From Chlorokybus atmophyticus (taxonomy: Eukaryota; Plantae; Mesostigma and Chlorokybus algae): 64,000 nucleotides of DNA. Made by a program: the position numbers and the translations under genes. Below, piece after piece: positions 52,001 to 64,000 of the stretch. Position 1 is the first letter of the stretch; each line of letters opens with the position of its first letter. The notes below the pieces were generated by a model. It saw only the letters and a list, made by a program, of their open reading frames with translations, was not told where the DNA came from and made no database searches. The stretch lies in contig RHPI01000772.1 of the NCBI GenBank assembly GCA_009103225.1, positions 446,558 through 510,557 on the forward strand, in the 5' to 3' direction.

Positions 52001-52370
52001 GAGGAAGCCTCCTCCTCCTTTTTCTCTGAAGACAAGGGAAAGGAGGGGGGCTCCGAATGTTCATGCTCATGTTTATGTCCATGTTTCATGCATGTCGCCT
52101 CTCTTTGTCATGTTGACAGCTGCAACTGGATGAATGCATTGGGACAGAAGTACTACAACCTTGCCACAATGCTGCCAGAGTGTTGGCCAGACACGCCATC
52201 CAGCTTCATCCATTTCTTAAACTGCACTTGTGCATTCACTTTGCCACCAAACCGGACTGACCAAGACCAGAAGTACGAGGCACGCGCAATGCCTCGCAGT
52301 TCTTCTCACCAGCAGTGAGGGGCTGGACGAGCAAAACCAGCAGCGCCGCCGCCACGCGCATCAGTGCCAT
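49002..52370 (-). pseudogene. Inverted paralog of the 26648 gene; damaged (lost intron-2 acceptor, paired frameshifts, premature TAA at 49563-49565)
   Basis: Exon-by-exon homology, with ATG at 52370 and MALMRVAAALLVLLVQPLTA; flanking homology ~24700-30580 vs ~53000-48190. Confidence 0.75.
49300..49526. other. Assembly gap (227 N) in the intron homologous to the 29196 gap
   Basis: N run beside poly-G. Confidence 0.98.
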
Positions 52371-52555
52371 GATTGCCTGCGCACTCCCTGTTGTCGTGTC
52401 AGAGCCGCAAGGTCCTCCACACACGCTTCTTGCTGAAAGAAGTGAGGGGCGAAATGAGTGCGAGCGTGCACACACACGGGCAACTGCAGAGAGCTCACAA
52501 TCACCACCAAGCACGCAGAGCGGGGGTCAATACGCGCGGAGCTAGGCACCAGCAG

Positions 52556-52597
<42 letters not shown>

Positions 52598-54259
52598 GCA
52601 CGGCACTCGCTCTGTAACTACCGACGCACCCGCGCTCTGCTAGCGGCCCGCAGGCTTCGGGCGTTGCAAGTAGGCAGGCACCGTCGCATCAGCGCCCCTC
52701 CAACTCAGCATGCATAGCCGCCGCCGCACGAGCCACAGACCACCACCTCCGCACCCTGCGCCCCAAACTCCCTCCAAATCCCCAACTCACCCACCGACCA
52801 CCACACGACCCGACACTGAGAGAAAGAAAACAATGATGGCGGCCACGACATGCCCCACGGCACTGCGTACTGTCCAAGGTACATGTTCCAAGGTACGTGT
52901 TGTACAACCTACCCCTGCTGTGTTGCATGATATACGCTGGAATACGTCGCCATAGCAAAAGTCTCTCAGGGGGATCGTTGTCCGCCCTATATACGCATCG
53001 CACACGCATGCCCAGTGGGGGGATTCCCCCACACGACGGAAGGGCCATCAGTTGGCCATCACACATCAGCTGGGGTAAAGCCGTCGTTTCCTTGGGTTGT
53101 CCGGGTCGCTGTCCGGCAAAGCCGGTCTACGCCGACGTGGGGGTTTTGGATGTCGAGAGTCTACGCTGACGCTGCTGTTGTTGACCGTGCAGATGTCTGC
53201 GCGGACCGATCTGTTCTGTCGATGCTGATCCGCGTGACCACCCCGAACTACGAGCACTTTGGTCGGCGGTCGTAGCAGCGGTTGGCTGACCATCTCGCAT
53301 TGAGGCAAACGGGTTGCATTTGCCGCCGTCAGTGTCGACATAGGCAGGCTGCCTATGGCATGCCATAACCCTGTCTGGTGGTATACCAACCGTAGTCTAC
53401 GCTTAGTTTACTACCTGACAGCGTACGATGTCCTGCACCCGCTCGGGCCTCTCCAATTCATTCACTCAGACGCCGTAGAGTGGAGTGCATTGCAACGGCT
53501 CAGATCGCGGTGCAGAGTGAATTTCGCGACTTCACTCTCTATCACTTGAGTGATCATTTGTGATCACCATGTTGAACACACCGTTGGCTTCTGCCGGCTG
53601 CTGTAGCCAGAACTATGGCTACGGGGTGCTAACATTAGCGGCGCTGATAACTCAGAGCAGGCGGTTGCTTGTTTGAGTAATGTGGCCGTTGCAGCCGCTT
53701 GGTGCTGGCTCTGCAGGCGGCTATGGCGACGGCGGCGGCGGCATGGACGCCCCTCGACCTCCCCACCTGGAATCCCAATCTACGTTTGTGCAGCCTACTA
53801 ATTCAATCCAATCTCCCTCGGTCAGGTCAGGTCCAACCTGGCATCAGCATCCTGGCCTCGACATAATTGCCGGTGTGGTTCTTTTTCTCAGTCTGCAGCG
53901 CATATTGCAAGCACGTTCGTTGTGTTGCACATTGCCGGTACCTTCAACACAGCTGCACGCACTGACCATGCTCTACATGTACTTAAGCCAGCAGACATGC
54001 ATCCAGACAAGTGCACATGTACACGCCACTCATTGAGCCGTAGACATCACTCGCGACAAAGTCACATCAAGTACTTGACCCTCGCGGCGAACCGTTACCC
54101 GGTTCTCAACAATGCGCGGAGACACAAACTTATGCACGCAACCGCATGCAAACAGGTAGGCGTGCAAGCACACAAACACGGGCGCGCCCGCATGCAGTCA
54201 GCCCATGCACTCACATGCCCATGCCAAACATGCGCCCACAAAGCATGCACATCAACGCA

Positions 54260-54459
<200 letters not shown>

Positions 54460-57400
54460 NGTTGCTGTATAGCGTCATGCGCATGTGCGCACCGTCCTAT
54501 GCCGTGGGGTGAGCTGGGCGACAAGGAGATGGGCTCCACCTCTCTTGGCACATGCACAGCCAATGAATACACTCACGTCTAGCACACATACATGCATGCA
54601 CATAGACACCTGCTCACTTGCAGGCATCCCCCCCCTCTTCTCTGGCGTGAACTCTGAGCTCACATCACGCACGTACGCGCGCACACACACACACACTTAA
54701 CTGAACTGTTTGCGTGCATGTGCGTGCCATTGCTGTTTGTGCTGCTGTACAAGGGCGACAAGCAGTTGGTCTCCACCTCCTCCAGCACTACACTAAGGTA
54801 GAGTGACACGCACACGCACACATGTGGCTTGTACATTGTCCTTCATTGTCATGCGCATATTCTACGCGGACACAGACACATGTGCAAGCATGAGCACGCG
54901 CTTTCACGCACAGTCACATGTGGCCATGCGGACAACTGTGTGCCTGCACACACGCAACCATGCGAGCACACACGCACCAGCATGCAACTGCACACATGAG
55001 TGCATGCGGGTGTCCATCGCAAATGATGATGCAGCACCCCCCTGCTGCTGCCTGTCTTTGCTAACAACGCCACTGGCAGCGTGTATGTGCATGTGTTTGT
55101 AATTCACGGGCTGAGCCTGTCAGTTTTACACACACAAGCACATTCACGCTGTAGTGGCCTGACCCCGCTGTCGTGCGCACACGCGCATACGCGTGGTGGT
55201 CACCTCCTCTGGCAGCACCGCTGGGGCGGGGGTGGCCTGCCTTGCCTACACATCCACTTCAAGCCTGATGGTGAGCACAAGGACATGTTTTTGTTAATGA
55301 TGTTGTTGTTGTAAGCGTGCAGACATGAGTTGTACTGTGATTGTTCATCTTGCGCTGCAGTCGAAGTCGAAGGCGAGCGGTAGCATTTGACGGCCGTTCA
55401 CGGCACCACAACAGAGCAAGGTGGCATTGTGTTGACTGTAATGATCTCAAAAGTTAGGTGTGTGTGCATGTGGGCACACGCATACGCACATGCGCGCGCG
55501 CACACACATTTGGAAAAAGGGCGCGCTGACTGACTCGCAAGCACGCATGCGCGCATGCACAACAAATCCCCAGACACATGCACGCAGGCGGGACCTTGAG
55601 GATGGGACCATTCTCAACAACGGTTGACAGGCTAGGTCCTCGCCAACCTCTCCTTGGGGAAGCCTACTACTCTACTCCATCTACTTTACTCTAATCTACT
55701 GTACTCCATCGCTGCAGGTTTTTAGCCTCCTCGCCGATAGTGGTAGTGTGTAATAGTGTGCGCACGCGCATACACACAAATGCACGCATGCATATACCAA
55801 TTGTACACACCTGCCACTCGGCTACGCACACGCACACACAACGTGTATATCAATGCGTGTCAGTCAATAGCAACGTAGCATGCGCGCTAATATTACATAA
55901 ACTCCTTCTGCCACACAGCTATACGGTATATGCTGGGCTGGGTGTACGTTCAAGCCCAAAGTATCAATCAACAAGCTTTGGTTCCAAAGAGCTCACTTGA
56001 CTTTGATGTTGATGGCAGTGTTACTGTAACATAGATTGCATATTGCAAATCGAACAGTTGTCGATTGAATGCTAATTGTAATTTGGGTCAACAAAAGCGT
56101 TTTCACACGTATTGTACACGTATTGTACAATGTGACAAGCATGCGTATACTTAACTGACAGTTTGCATGGCTTTTATATTGCATGATGAGAAAAATTGCA
56201 TGTTTATGCACAAGCTCTGTAGCAAAGTATTACATATATCGTGGATGCACTTTGCTCACAAGAATGTATAACGATCACCGCGGAAAACTGCATGAAAGTG
56301 GATGTGACCACTACAAGGAGCTTGCATTGTTAACGTATTTGCAAGCAACAATGCTGCAAATTTAAAACTTTTATAATTTGTTACAAGTTGATTGTGCTAA
56401 TACACATACATTTATGACATGGTTGTAAGCAATGTATACAAAGTGTACAATGTATGCAAAGTACTACGATGGAGGTGTGCTAAACGTATAACAATCTTTT
56501 TTATTATGGAAATTACAATTGCTGTAAAATTGTGAAGTATAAGCCTGTACCATGCGTATGCCATCATCATTCGTATTTACATACGAACGCATGCATGTCA
56601 TGCAAATGACTGTATATACCAAGAATGTTATCTTATTATATGCACAGCTACAACTGATTATACATGAAATCAATAAAGACATGTATAAACAACGGCATTC
56701 AAATGGCAATGCTGCGATTGAGAACTTTGAAGCTCAGCATTTTTGCTGTGCAACTGCAAATGGTCCGCTGAAGTTGTTACGTGTGCACGCGTCATGCAAA
56801 TAGTGACTTTGCGAAAGTCGCTAACCCTGTTCCGGTTACTGGCGGTCAGGCCATTGGGACGTTAGCAATTGATAACGGAGTATTGTGACGTTGCACCATT
56901 GAGCCTTCTAAGAATTGATGGATTCGTTGCTATTTTGCCCCGATGAACATGCGCACGAATTACTCCGTACAATCCCCGATGACCGAGTTTCGGGGGGCCC
57001 TTCGGGCCCTCAACCCACCATTTCACTCGTCAACCCCCTCGAGCGAGTGAATAAAAACCATCAGGGGTTAGGGTTAGCGGTGACTTTGCGGAAGTCGCCA
57101 ACCCTAAACCCCTGACAAATCTGTACTTATATGCATACTCCTAAGTACGCAATTTTCACTTACAGTGTCATTACCGTATCGAGACTAAGTCTCAAGTCTT
57201 CATAGTTAAGTGATAATTGCTCAGTCATAAGCTAATGGCTAGTTTTGTTTATAAAGTGACCAAACGCGGGGTAAGTCAACTCAAAATGGATCAGCTAGTA
57301 CAGGCTAATGCACTGGTACTAGGTGCCTACTAACACTAACTCACAACTGCTCAATGTCGCGTGGGACCCATGCCAATAGCCGGGGTCGATGCATGGTTGT

Positions 57401-57578
57401 AGGCATAGCTGAGTGGAATGCTCCCTACTGCTGGTAGCGCGGGAATGTAGACTGGCTGTAGGCATTCAGGAGAAGGTTGGCCTCTCCTGGACGGGTGGCG
57501 TGACAATGTGATGGTCATCGCTTGTGTATAGGGAATTCATCAAAGAAGAAATCAAAACCTGTTTTGTAAGGTGGACCT

Positions 57579-60500
57579 TGTCATGCCTTACGAGCTCGTG
57601 CGTTATGTTGTCGGAACTCTTTGTCCCTAACATGCTATGCATCATGAATGTATAGGTATGCGGGTGTAACAGTCACCCTAACCATGGAAACTCACACATT
57701 CGCATTCGCAAATGGCAATAAATATGGTACACGCTCTGCTACACTGGCTTAGGCGATATGTATGTAACCTGCACATATATAAAGAAATTAACAGGCTGAA
57801 TGCAAAGTGAATAGATGTATCAATCAAATTGCCAGCATGTGTGAACTTACACAAGAGAGACACTGACATATGCACACTGAATGATGACAAACAACAACTG
57901 ATGAAGCTTAGGGATCAATTGCACAATGCAAGCAGTCAAGCACAAGTACATACACACACTCAAGCAAAGCCAGCATGCATATGCAAGCACAGAGAGGACC
58001 AGACTCATAGTATAGCAGAATAGCTGGGTTACTCCGTTTTCACTTGAACACTTGCTGTCTCAGTAAGAAACTACATGTGCATATAATATTTATATGTCCG
58101 AGCTTGCAACTCGCTGTTACACTACCGTTAAGCTAAGGACCTGTAATGCCACGGACGTACTTCTTCCAAAACCTCCCGCTCTTCCTTGCGCCTTTTTAGC
58201 TGCGTGCCGAGTTTCCCGCAATCATGTCTGCGGGCTTCCGCTCTGGTCAGTGCACCATGTTAGCAGCGCTGTAACACGTGGGCTCCGGCTAGTAGGCTAT
58301 GATAGCCAAAGACGTTACCATGAGTGAGGTATGTCACAATTTATCCCAAATTGTGACAGTCCTCCCAATTTAACCCATGGGTTCCTCATTATCCAATTCA
58401 GTACTTATTAGCCCATGTCGCCGTGGTCACGGCCATACCACGACCAATCTGCCCGCGGCCTTTTGGATCCGGCCATCCTCACCGCGCGACCGCTCACGCG
58501 GCCATACTATGGCCGCGTGGCGCCGAGCCAGTTTGACCTAGTAGGTCAAACTGGCTCGGCTCGCAGGTTGCGAACCTGCGCCCAGCCTAGGGCAAGCCGC
58601 CCCAAATGTTTTTTGCCCTTGGATCTGCCTTGGTCCCCTACGGGAATTGAACTTGAGACGTCAAGCTTCGTTACCATTGTAACAAGTGGGCTCCGACCAC
58701 TAGGCTACGGTAGCAAAAGACACTACCGTGAGTGAGGTCTATCACAATATATCCCAAATTGTGACAGGCGTGGCCTTCCTCCGCCTGCCATGTTGTACCG
58801 CTGATGCTGTTCCTCGAGATCGACCACTACGCTCGGTATATGCTTCTCGCTAACGAGTGTACACTGGCTGTTACAATCAGCCGAGGTCATTCGATATCGA
58901 GGTTCCCTCACAAAATAGCTGTCGTGCCTTACGAGCTCGTGCATTATGATGTTAAAACCCTTCGTTCAAACACGCTATGCATCATAAAAGTATATGTGTG
59001 CGGGTGTAACAGTCACCCTGACCATCAAAACTCACACGTTGGCATTTGCAAATGGCAAAAAGTATGGTACACGCTCTGCTATCTCTGACTTATGCTATAT
59101 ATGTAACCTGCTCATGTGTAAAGGAATCTACAAGCTACCTCCCTGTAAAAACCACAGGCCCTCCAAGCATTTAAAAATTTCGGTTCTCACTGGTTGTAGG
59201 CGGGCTTTCCTTGAAGCAGCTTTGCATCGGTCACAAAACCACTTACCATTGGGTACATCAGCCAATGGTTCTAGCAATTAGAAAATGTGCCAACCGTCCT
59301 GGCACGCGTCACACAACAGCATCACATTGTCACGATCAATGCTACCGCATCCTTCGTGGTGGTGACTGCGCAGGGGGCGAAAGGTCTTTGTGCTCGGGTC
59401 GTTGCCATCCTCTACCATGGGTAGATAACACAGGGCACAATTCTCCATGTGGTCTTTTATGGTAGCACCGGTGCGGTCTACCAATTCAAGCCCGCCCTCT
59501 GGTGGGACCTTCTTGACCTTCAAGATTTGCCGACCGGTCCCCATCTGCAAGGTGTTCTGGGTGGCGCAATGTCGATAGACATTGTCTCCTGCTTTAAACT
59601 TGTGGATGCGCGGTTGATGCCACTGCACACACGCTCATACCGCCCGGTGTCGCGGTGTTGTGCAACTTGCAAGTTGGCCATATCCATGGGCATTAGCCGC
59701 CTGAACAGTTCTATGCGTAGACAAAGAGCAGCTAGCATGGTGGCCGGTGTCTCGATGCTCACCACATGTCCCACCCGCCATCGAACGCGCAAAGGAAGCA
59801 AAGGCTCTCTGCCAAATAGAAGAAAGTACGAACTGAGAGCCCGCAGTGCCTTGTCACCAATAGAAATGGCCTCCCAACAGTTCGGCCTTGCCCACAAATC
59901 GAGTAGAGATCCAGCTATAACTTAATCAGGGATCCATATGCAAGCAACATATCCATTTTTGCACTCTTTGCGGCTGCAGCCACAACTTTGTTTGGTATCG
60001 AGCTGCCATTAAGGTCAACTAGCTGGTGTGCATTAAGTTTGGTATCTGTCTTTTTTTGAACTTAATAATAGCCACATCTTAAATTAAATTTTCGTTAGAT
60101 CATGTATCAAGATTAATCTTAATGCATAATTTAACCAGAAATGTTATGGCCGCAATTCGTGGCGAAAAACCAAAAGAGCCACAGTACACATGGTTTTCGT
60201 CTCGCCATCGCCGAGTTTCGAACCTGCGCGGCAGGATGTGTTGGGTTAGATCATGTAAGATTAATCTTAATGCGTGATATAACCAGAAATGTTATGGCCG
60301 CAGTTCGTGGCAAAAAACCACAAGAGCCACAGCAAACGGGTTTTCGTCTCACCATCTTTAAGGTTCGAACCTGCGCGGCAAAACCTGATAGTGTATCAAG
60401 CAACATCATAATGACCTAGCAATGGACCAGCTAGACTACGACGACACGAGACGCCCTGCGACGCGTTTGTAAAGCATATACAAACTGCTTCAATTGTCTC

Positions 60501-61645
60501 ACGTGCCGCAACGCATGCACCAACAGCTGCTTACAACGGCATTATCGGTATATGTATATATATGTATATATACATACATATATATAGTCATACATATAAG
60601 TATATGGTTATATATATATATATACCGCGGTATTAATATATATATAGCACTTGTATCAAACAGATAAAGGTAAAGGCGGATTTTACCACTATATAGGTGA
60701 CTTGGGGAGGGAGACTTTGTTCAACTTACCGTTTGTCCAATCACAGCGCGACATTACCGGTTAATGTTTGCATTATGCGCTCTACGTCACCTGCTGGCGC
60801 AAGATTGGTTGCGGAGTTCTGGTCAAGTCTTTACGTGTTTACCTCATGTGCTACCACAGTTTACCAACGATTATACATGCAAGTTGCAGCCTTCTACTCG
60901 CTTGCCCCGCGGCCTGCTACTAGCAGGCCACGGGGCAAGCCATGCATAGGCCGCGGGGTTGAACCGGCAATTTGGCAATGATAAGATCATAAAATTATTA
61001 TGGTTTGTAACAATGGAAAGATCGATCCTAGCGTTCCGAGTTTGTTAAGTATGAAGTCTTGTACCGTTGTTGGAACTGGTCACAATTTTAAAGATGATGT
61101 GTACAGCTTTAGCATGCAACGTGAATGCATTCTAATGTTATCGTCGAGTCCTCAATTGTGTTAGGGAAAAGACGCATTGTTAACGAATTGTTCACAACTG
61201 TAATTGCGACTTACACAAGTCTTTCTCACGGCCTGAACCCTTGATTACGTAAACACCGAATCCTGTATATTGGAGATCCGGTACTTACAATCGTCACCGG
61301 CGGATTGCCGTTTGTGCCAGGTCGCAATAAAATTCCGGCTGCAGCTACAACATATGTACGGATCTGTCATAAAATCTACGAAATCCGCAAATAATGTCCG
61401 GCCTCGTCTATGACAAAGTTGCGGATTAAACCTTATATGCGAAACGCATTTCTACCGACATGTCGCGTGCATCGGTAGCCTAAGGCCAGCCAAGTCCCAG
61501 TCGCGGTTGTCGTGTTGTCAACAGTACTTGCATAAGGCCTTCTTCACGGTCTACACTATACGCTCCGCCAACCCATCCGCTCGCGGATGATTCCACGAGG
61601 TGCGCCGGTAGTTAATGTAAGCCTTTGGTAGGAGCTTATTAAACT
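57579..61645 (-). mobile_element. Duplicate of the el0 relic, including TRIM copy (58270-58766) and family X copy 4 (59855-61460)
   Basis: Colinear with 3598-7717; ORFs 59278-59628 and 59520-59897 show integrase C-terminus/PHD similarity. Confidence 0.8.
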
Positions 61646-64000
61646 TGTCGGGTCGGGGGAAGTCAAGGGTCACACTGTTTCGGGCCGCTGCAGGGAAAGT
61701 CATGCGTGCTGGTCCTAGTGCTGCAACATGTTATAACCTGCGGCAAAAGTAAAAGATAACCCAGCTTGTATGGCGAGGAGTGCTTGGTGGAGCTGCTCCA
61801 CTGTTGCTGAACACGCACATGTGGAGGCGGTGTCTTCCTTAGTATACATGCTGTGCTGTAGGACACACAGTCAACAAGCCACTACTATAGGTAGTGGCTG
61901 TTTACACAGTTCTTTGCATGAGCGGAAAATTTGTTCCATTGTTAAGTGAGGTGAATGAGCAAGCAACACGTGGATACTATGCCCTGACTGATGACGACAA
62001 GCACACTGCAACCCGGCACACCAGGCCCACAGCGATGACAAGCACGATGCACACGCGAGCATGCACAGGCTCTCACACAGTGAGGGGGTTCTTGATAACC
62101 GGGATGGCGTGTTCGTAGTTCAAGTCGTTTCACAAGCTCTTAGTTTTCTCACTCACAGTGTCACCAACTGATCCGGTGAACAATGTGACCACTTATATAA
62201 GTCAAATCATGATTGTTCAGAACATAAGCTAACGGTCATACGGAGGCTATTTTCACAGCGATTGTCACTCGATGTAGAACACAACTTATAACTGAACAGT
62301 TACGCGCGGTGCCTATGTGGGCTATGGTCGTGAGCTACCTTAAAGTCATGACCTAGCTACTGGTCAGGGACGCGCGCGCGTTGGTATATCGATAGGCCGG
62401 GCGACGGTTTTAATGTAGACATGCCCGATGAAGGCTGGTATGTGTGGGCACCAGGCATGACAGCTGTCGGGTCGGGGGAAGTCGAGGGTCACACTGTCTC
62501 GGGCCGCTGCAGGGAAAGTCATGCGTGCTGGTCCTGGTGCTGCAACATGTTGTAACCTACGGCAAAAGTAAAAGATAACTCAGCTTGTATGGCGAGGAGT
62601 GCTTGGTGGAGCTGCTCCACTGTTGCTGAACACGGACATGTGGAGGCGGTGTCTTCCTTAGTATACATGCTGTGCTGTAGAAAACACAGTTAACAAGCCA
62701 CCCCCCTGAGCTTCTGGAGAGGTTCTAGCTTTAGAGCTCAGCTGCTAACGCAGGTGAGGAGGGCCGTTGGTGCGGCAATCGTCGCACCAGTACTTCTCCA
62801 TGGGTATTGCGTCCAATGGGGGCTCCAGACAGTAGCAATGCAGGCCCTTGTTACAGCCATTGCAGAGCATCACGAGTGCGTTATCGCCGGCGCTGCCGCA
62901 GCGTTCACATCGTGTGCTGCGGGCGGGGCGAGGGTGCTGGATGCGCGCGAAGCCTGCTACCTAGGGGAGGTGACATGGCGCGCAGTTCACCATGTTGTCT
63001 TTTAACCTCTCGCCATTCTGACCAAGAAGATCCAGCACTCCTGTGGGGTACACCTTGAGTACCTTGTAGACGGTGCGGCCTACGGAGGTGTCGAGCGTGT
63101 CTTTAGTGGCTGTCATGCGGTAGGCAAAGTCACCAACTTGGAACCGCCGTTGACGCTCCTTGTAGAAGCCGCTTCACACGCGCTCGTAGCGCAGAGTGTC
63201 ACGGTGCTGTGCAATGCGTATGTTGTGGAAGGCCATCAGGACGGTGTGCTCGAAAAGCGTGGCACGTGTGGTGATGTCGTGGTGCATCCAGTCGGGATCG
63301 TCGAGGTTGTCCATCACACGGTTTACTTCCTGCTGTGCACGAAAGGGAAGCAACGGCGGACGCCCAAACAGCAAGTAGTATGGGCTATGCTCGCGCAGCG
63401 CCGCCTGCTTCGACAATCGGTAGCCAAGAGCCACCCACGGAAGGTGGTCGTCCCAGGTGTTCTTCTCATTATCCAGCACGTACTCGCGGAGTGCCTTCTT
63501 AATAGTCTGCACCGTCCGCTCGGCGAGACCATCGGCTTAAGAGTGGTCACGCGAAGTACGGCAATGATCGATGTAGCATCTGTCCAGCAGAGTGTCGAAC
63601 TCCCCTCTGAACTCAGTGCCCTGGTCGGTGATGACCTCAGCGCAGCTGCCGAACCGGCTGAGGACATGGGAGAGGAAAGCTTGAGCCACCCCCTTGCTGC
63701 TCTTGTCGGGTAATGGCACCAGCTCCACCCATTTGGAGAAGTGCTCGATCATGATCAGGATGTAGCGGTTGCCCCGCGCCAAGGGTGCCAAGTCTCCCAA
63801 GATGTCGAGTCCCCAGCGGTAAAACAGCCAGAGATGGGGAGAGGGTGCAAGGTGTTGACATACACACGTGCAAGTGACACGCCAACAACATCAACACAAG
63901 AGTATGACTGCTACTGCCGCCATAGCATACGCACACATGCTACATCGTGACCTCTGCTCTTCATTGCAACAAGTCTGGGCTTTATACCCCGCCAGTCTCT
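61646..64000 (-). mobile_element. Element 3: duplicate of the element 1 3' end (B-A-B, PHD, integrase) with the start of the same Copia LTR at 63853
   Basis: Near-identical to 7718-10059; palindrome GACAGCTGTC at 62459-62468. Confidence 0.93.

Larger units (their letters stand above)
54461..64000 (+). repeat. Segmental direct duplication, copy 2
   Basis: Matches 56-10059 apart from the MITE, small indels and scattered substitutions. Confidence 0.97.

Noticed and set aside
53015-53400. GC-rich stretch with overlapping 80-107 aa ORFs
   Set aside because: No recognisable domain or supported exon structure; may be a gene or TE fragment but cannot be called.

Overview
Eukaryotic, repeat-dense genomic DNA with spliceosomal GT-AG introns, microsatellites and assembly gaps; probably a green alga or charophyte (inference only). 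No rRNA, tRNA or CRISPR is visible. The window is dominated by a family of Ty3/Gypsy-like retrotransposons. Their polyprotein order is Gag (2 CCHC) - unknown domain - aspartic protease - C5 cytosine methyltransferase - RT - RNase H - DDE integrase - PHD finger. There are two full-length decayed copies (7718-20769 minus, 31987-43039 plus), a partial copy at the right edge, and an older relative into which the first copy is inserted. These elements lack ordinary paired LTRs. They have split direct repeats (A...B-A-B), TGTC...GACA termini, short target-site duplications, and an internal palindrome GACA-GC-TGTC that joins a copy of the right end to a copy of the left end. That layout is known from tyrosine-recombinase retroelements (TOC1/PAT/Ngaro), but here it accompanies a DDE integrase and suggests integration of a circular intermediate. 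Also present: an inverted pair of multi-exon genes for a secreted protein with an Ole e 1-like N-terminus (one apparently intact, one damaged), a nested non-autonomous Copia element, a TRIM-like element, several non-autonomous TIR elements, and a ~10 kb direct duplication (56-10059 vs 54461-64000).
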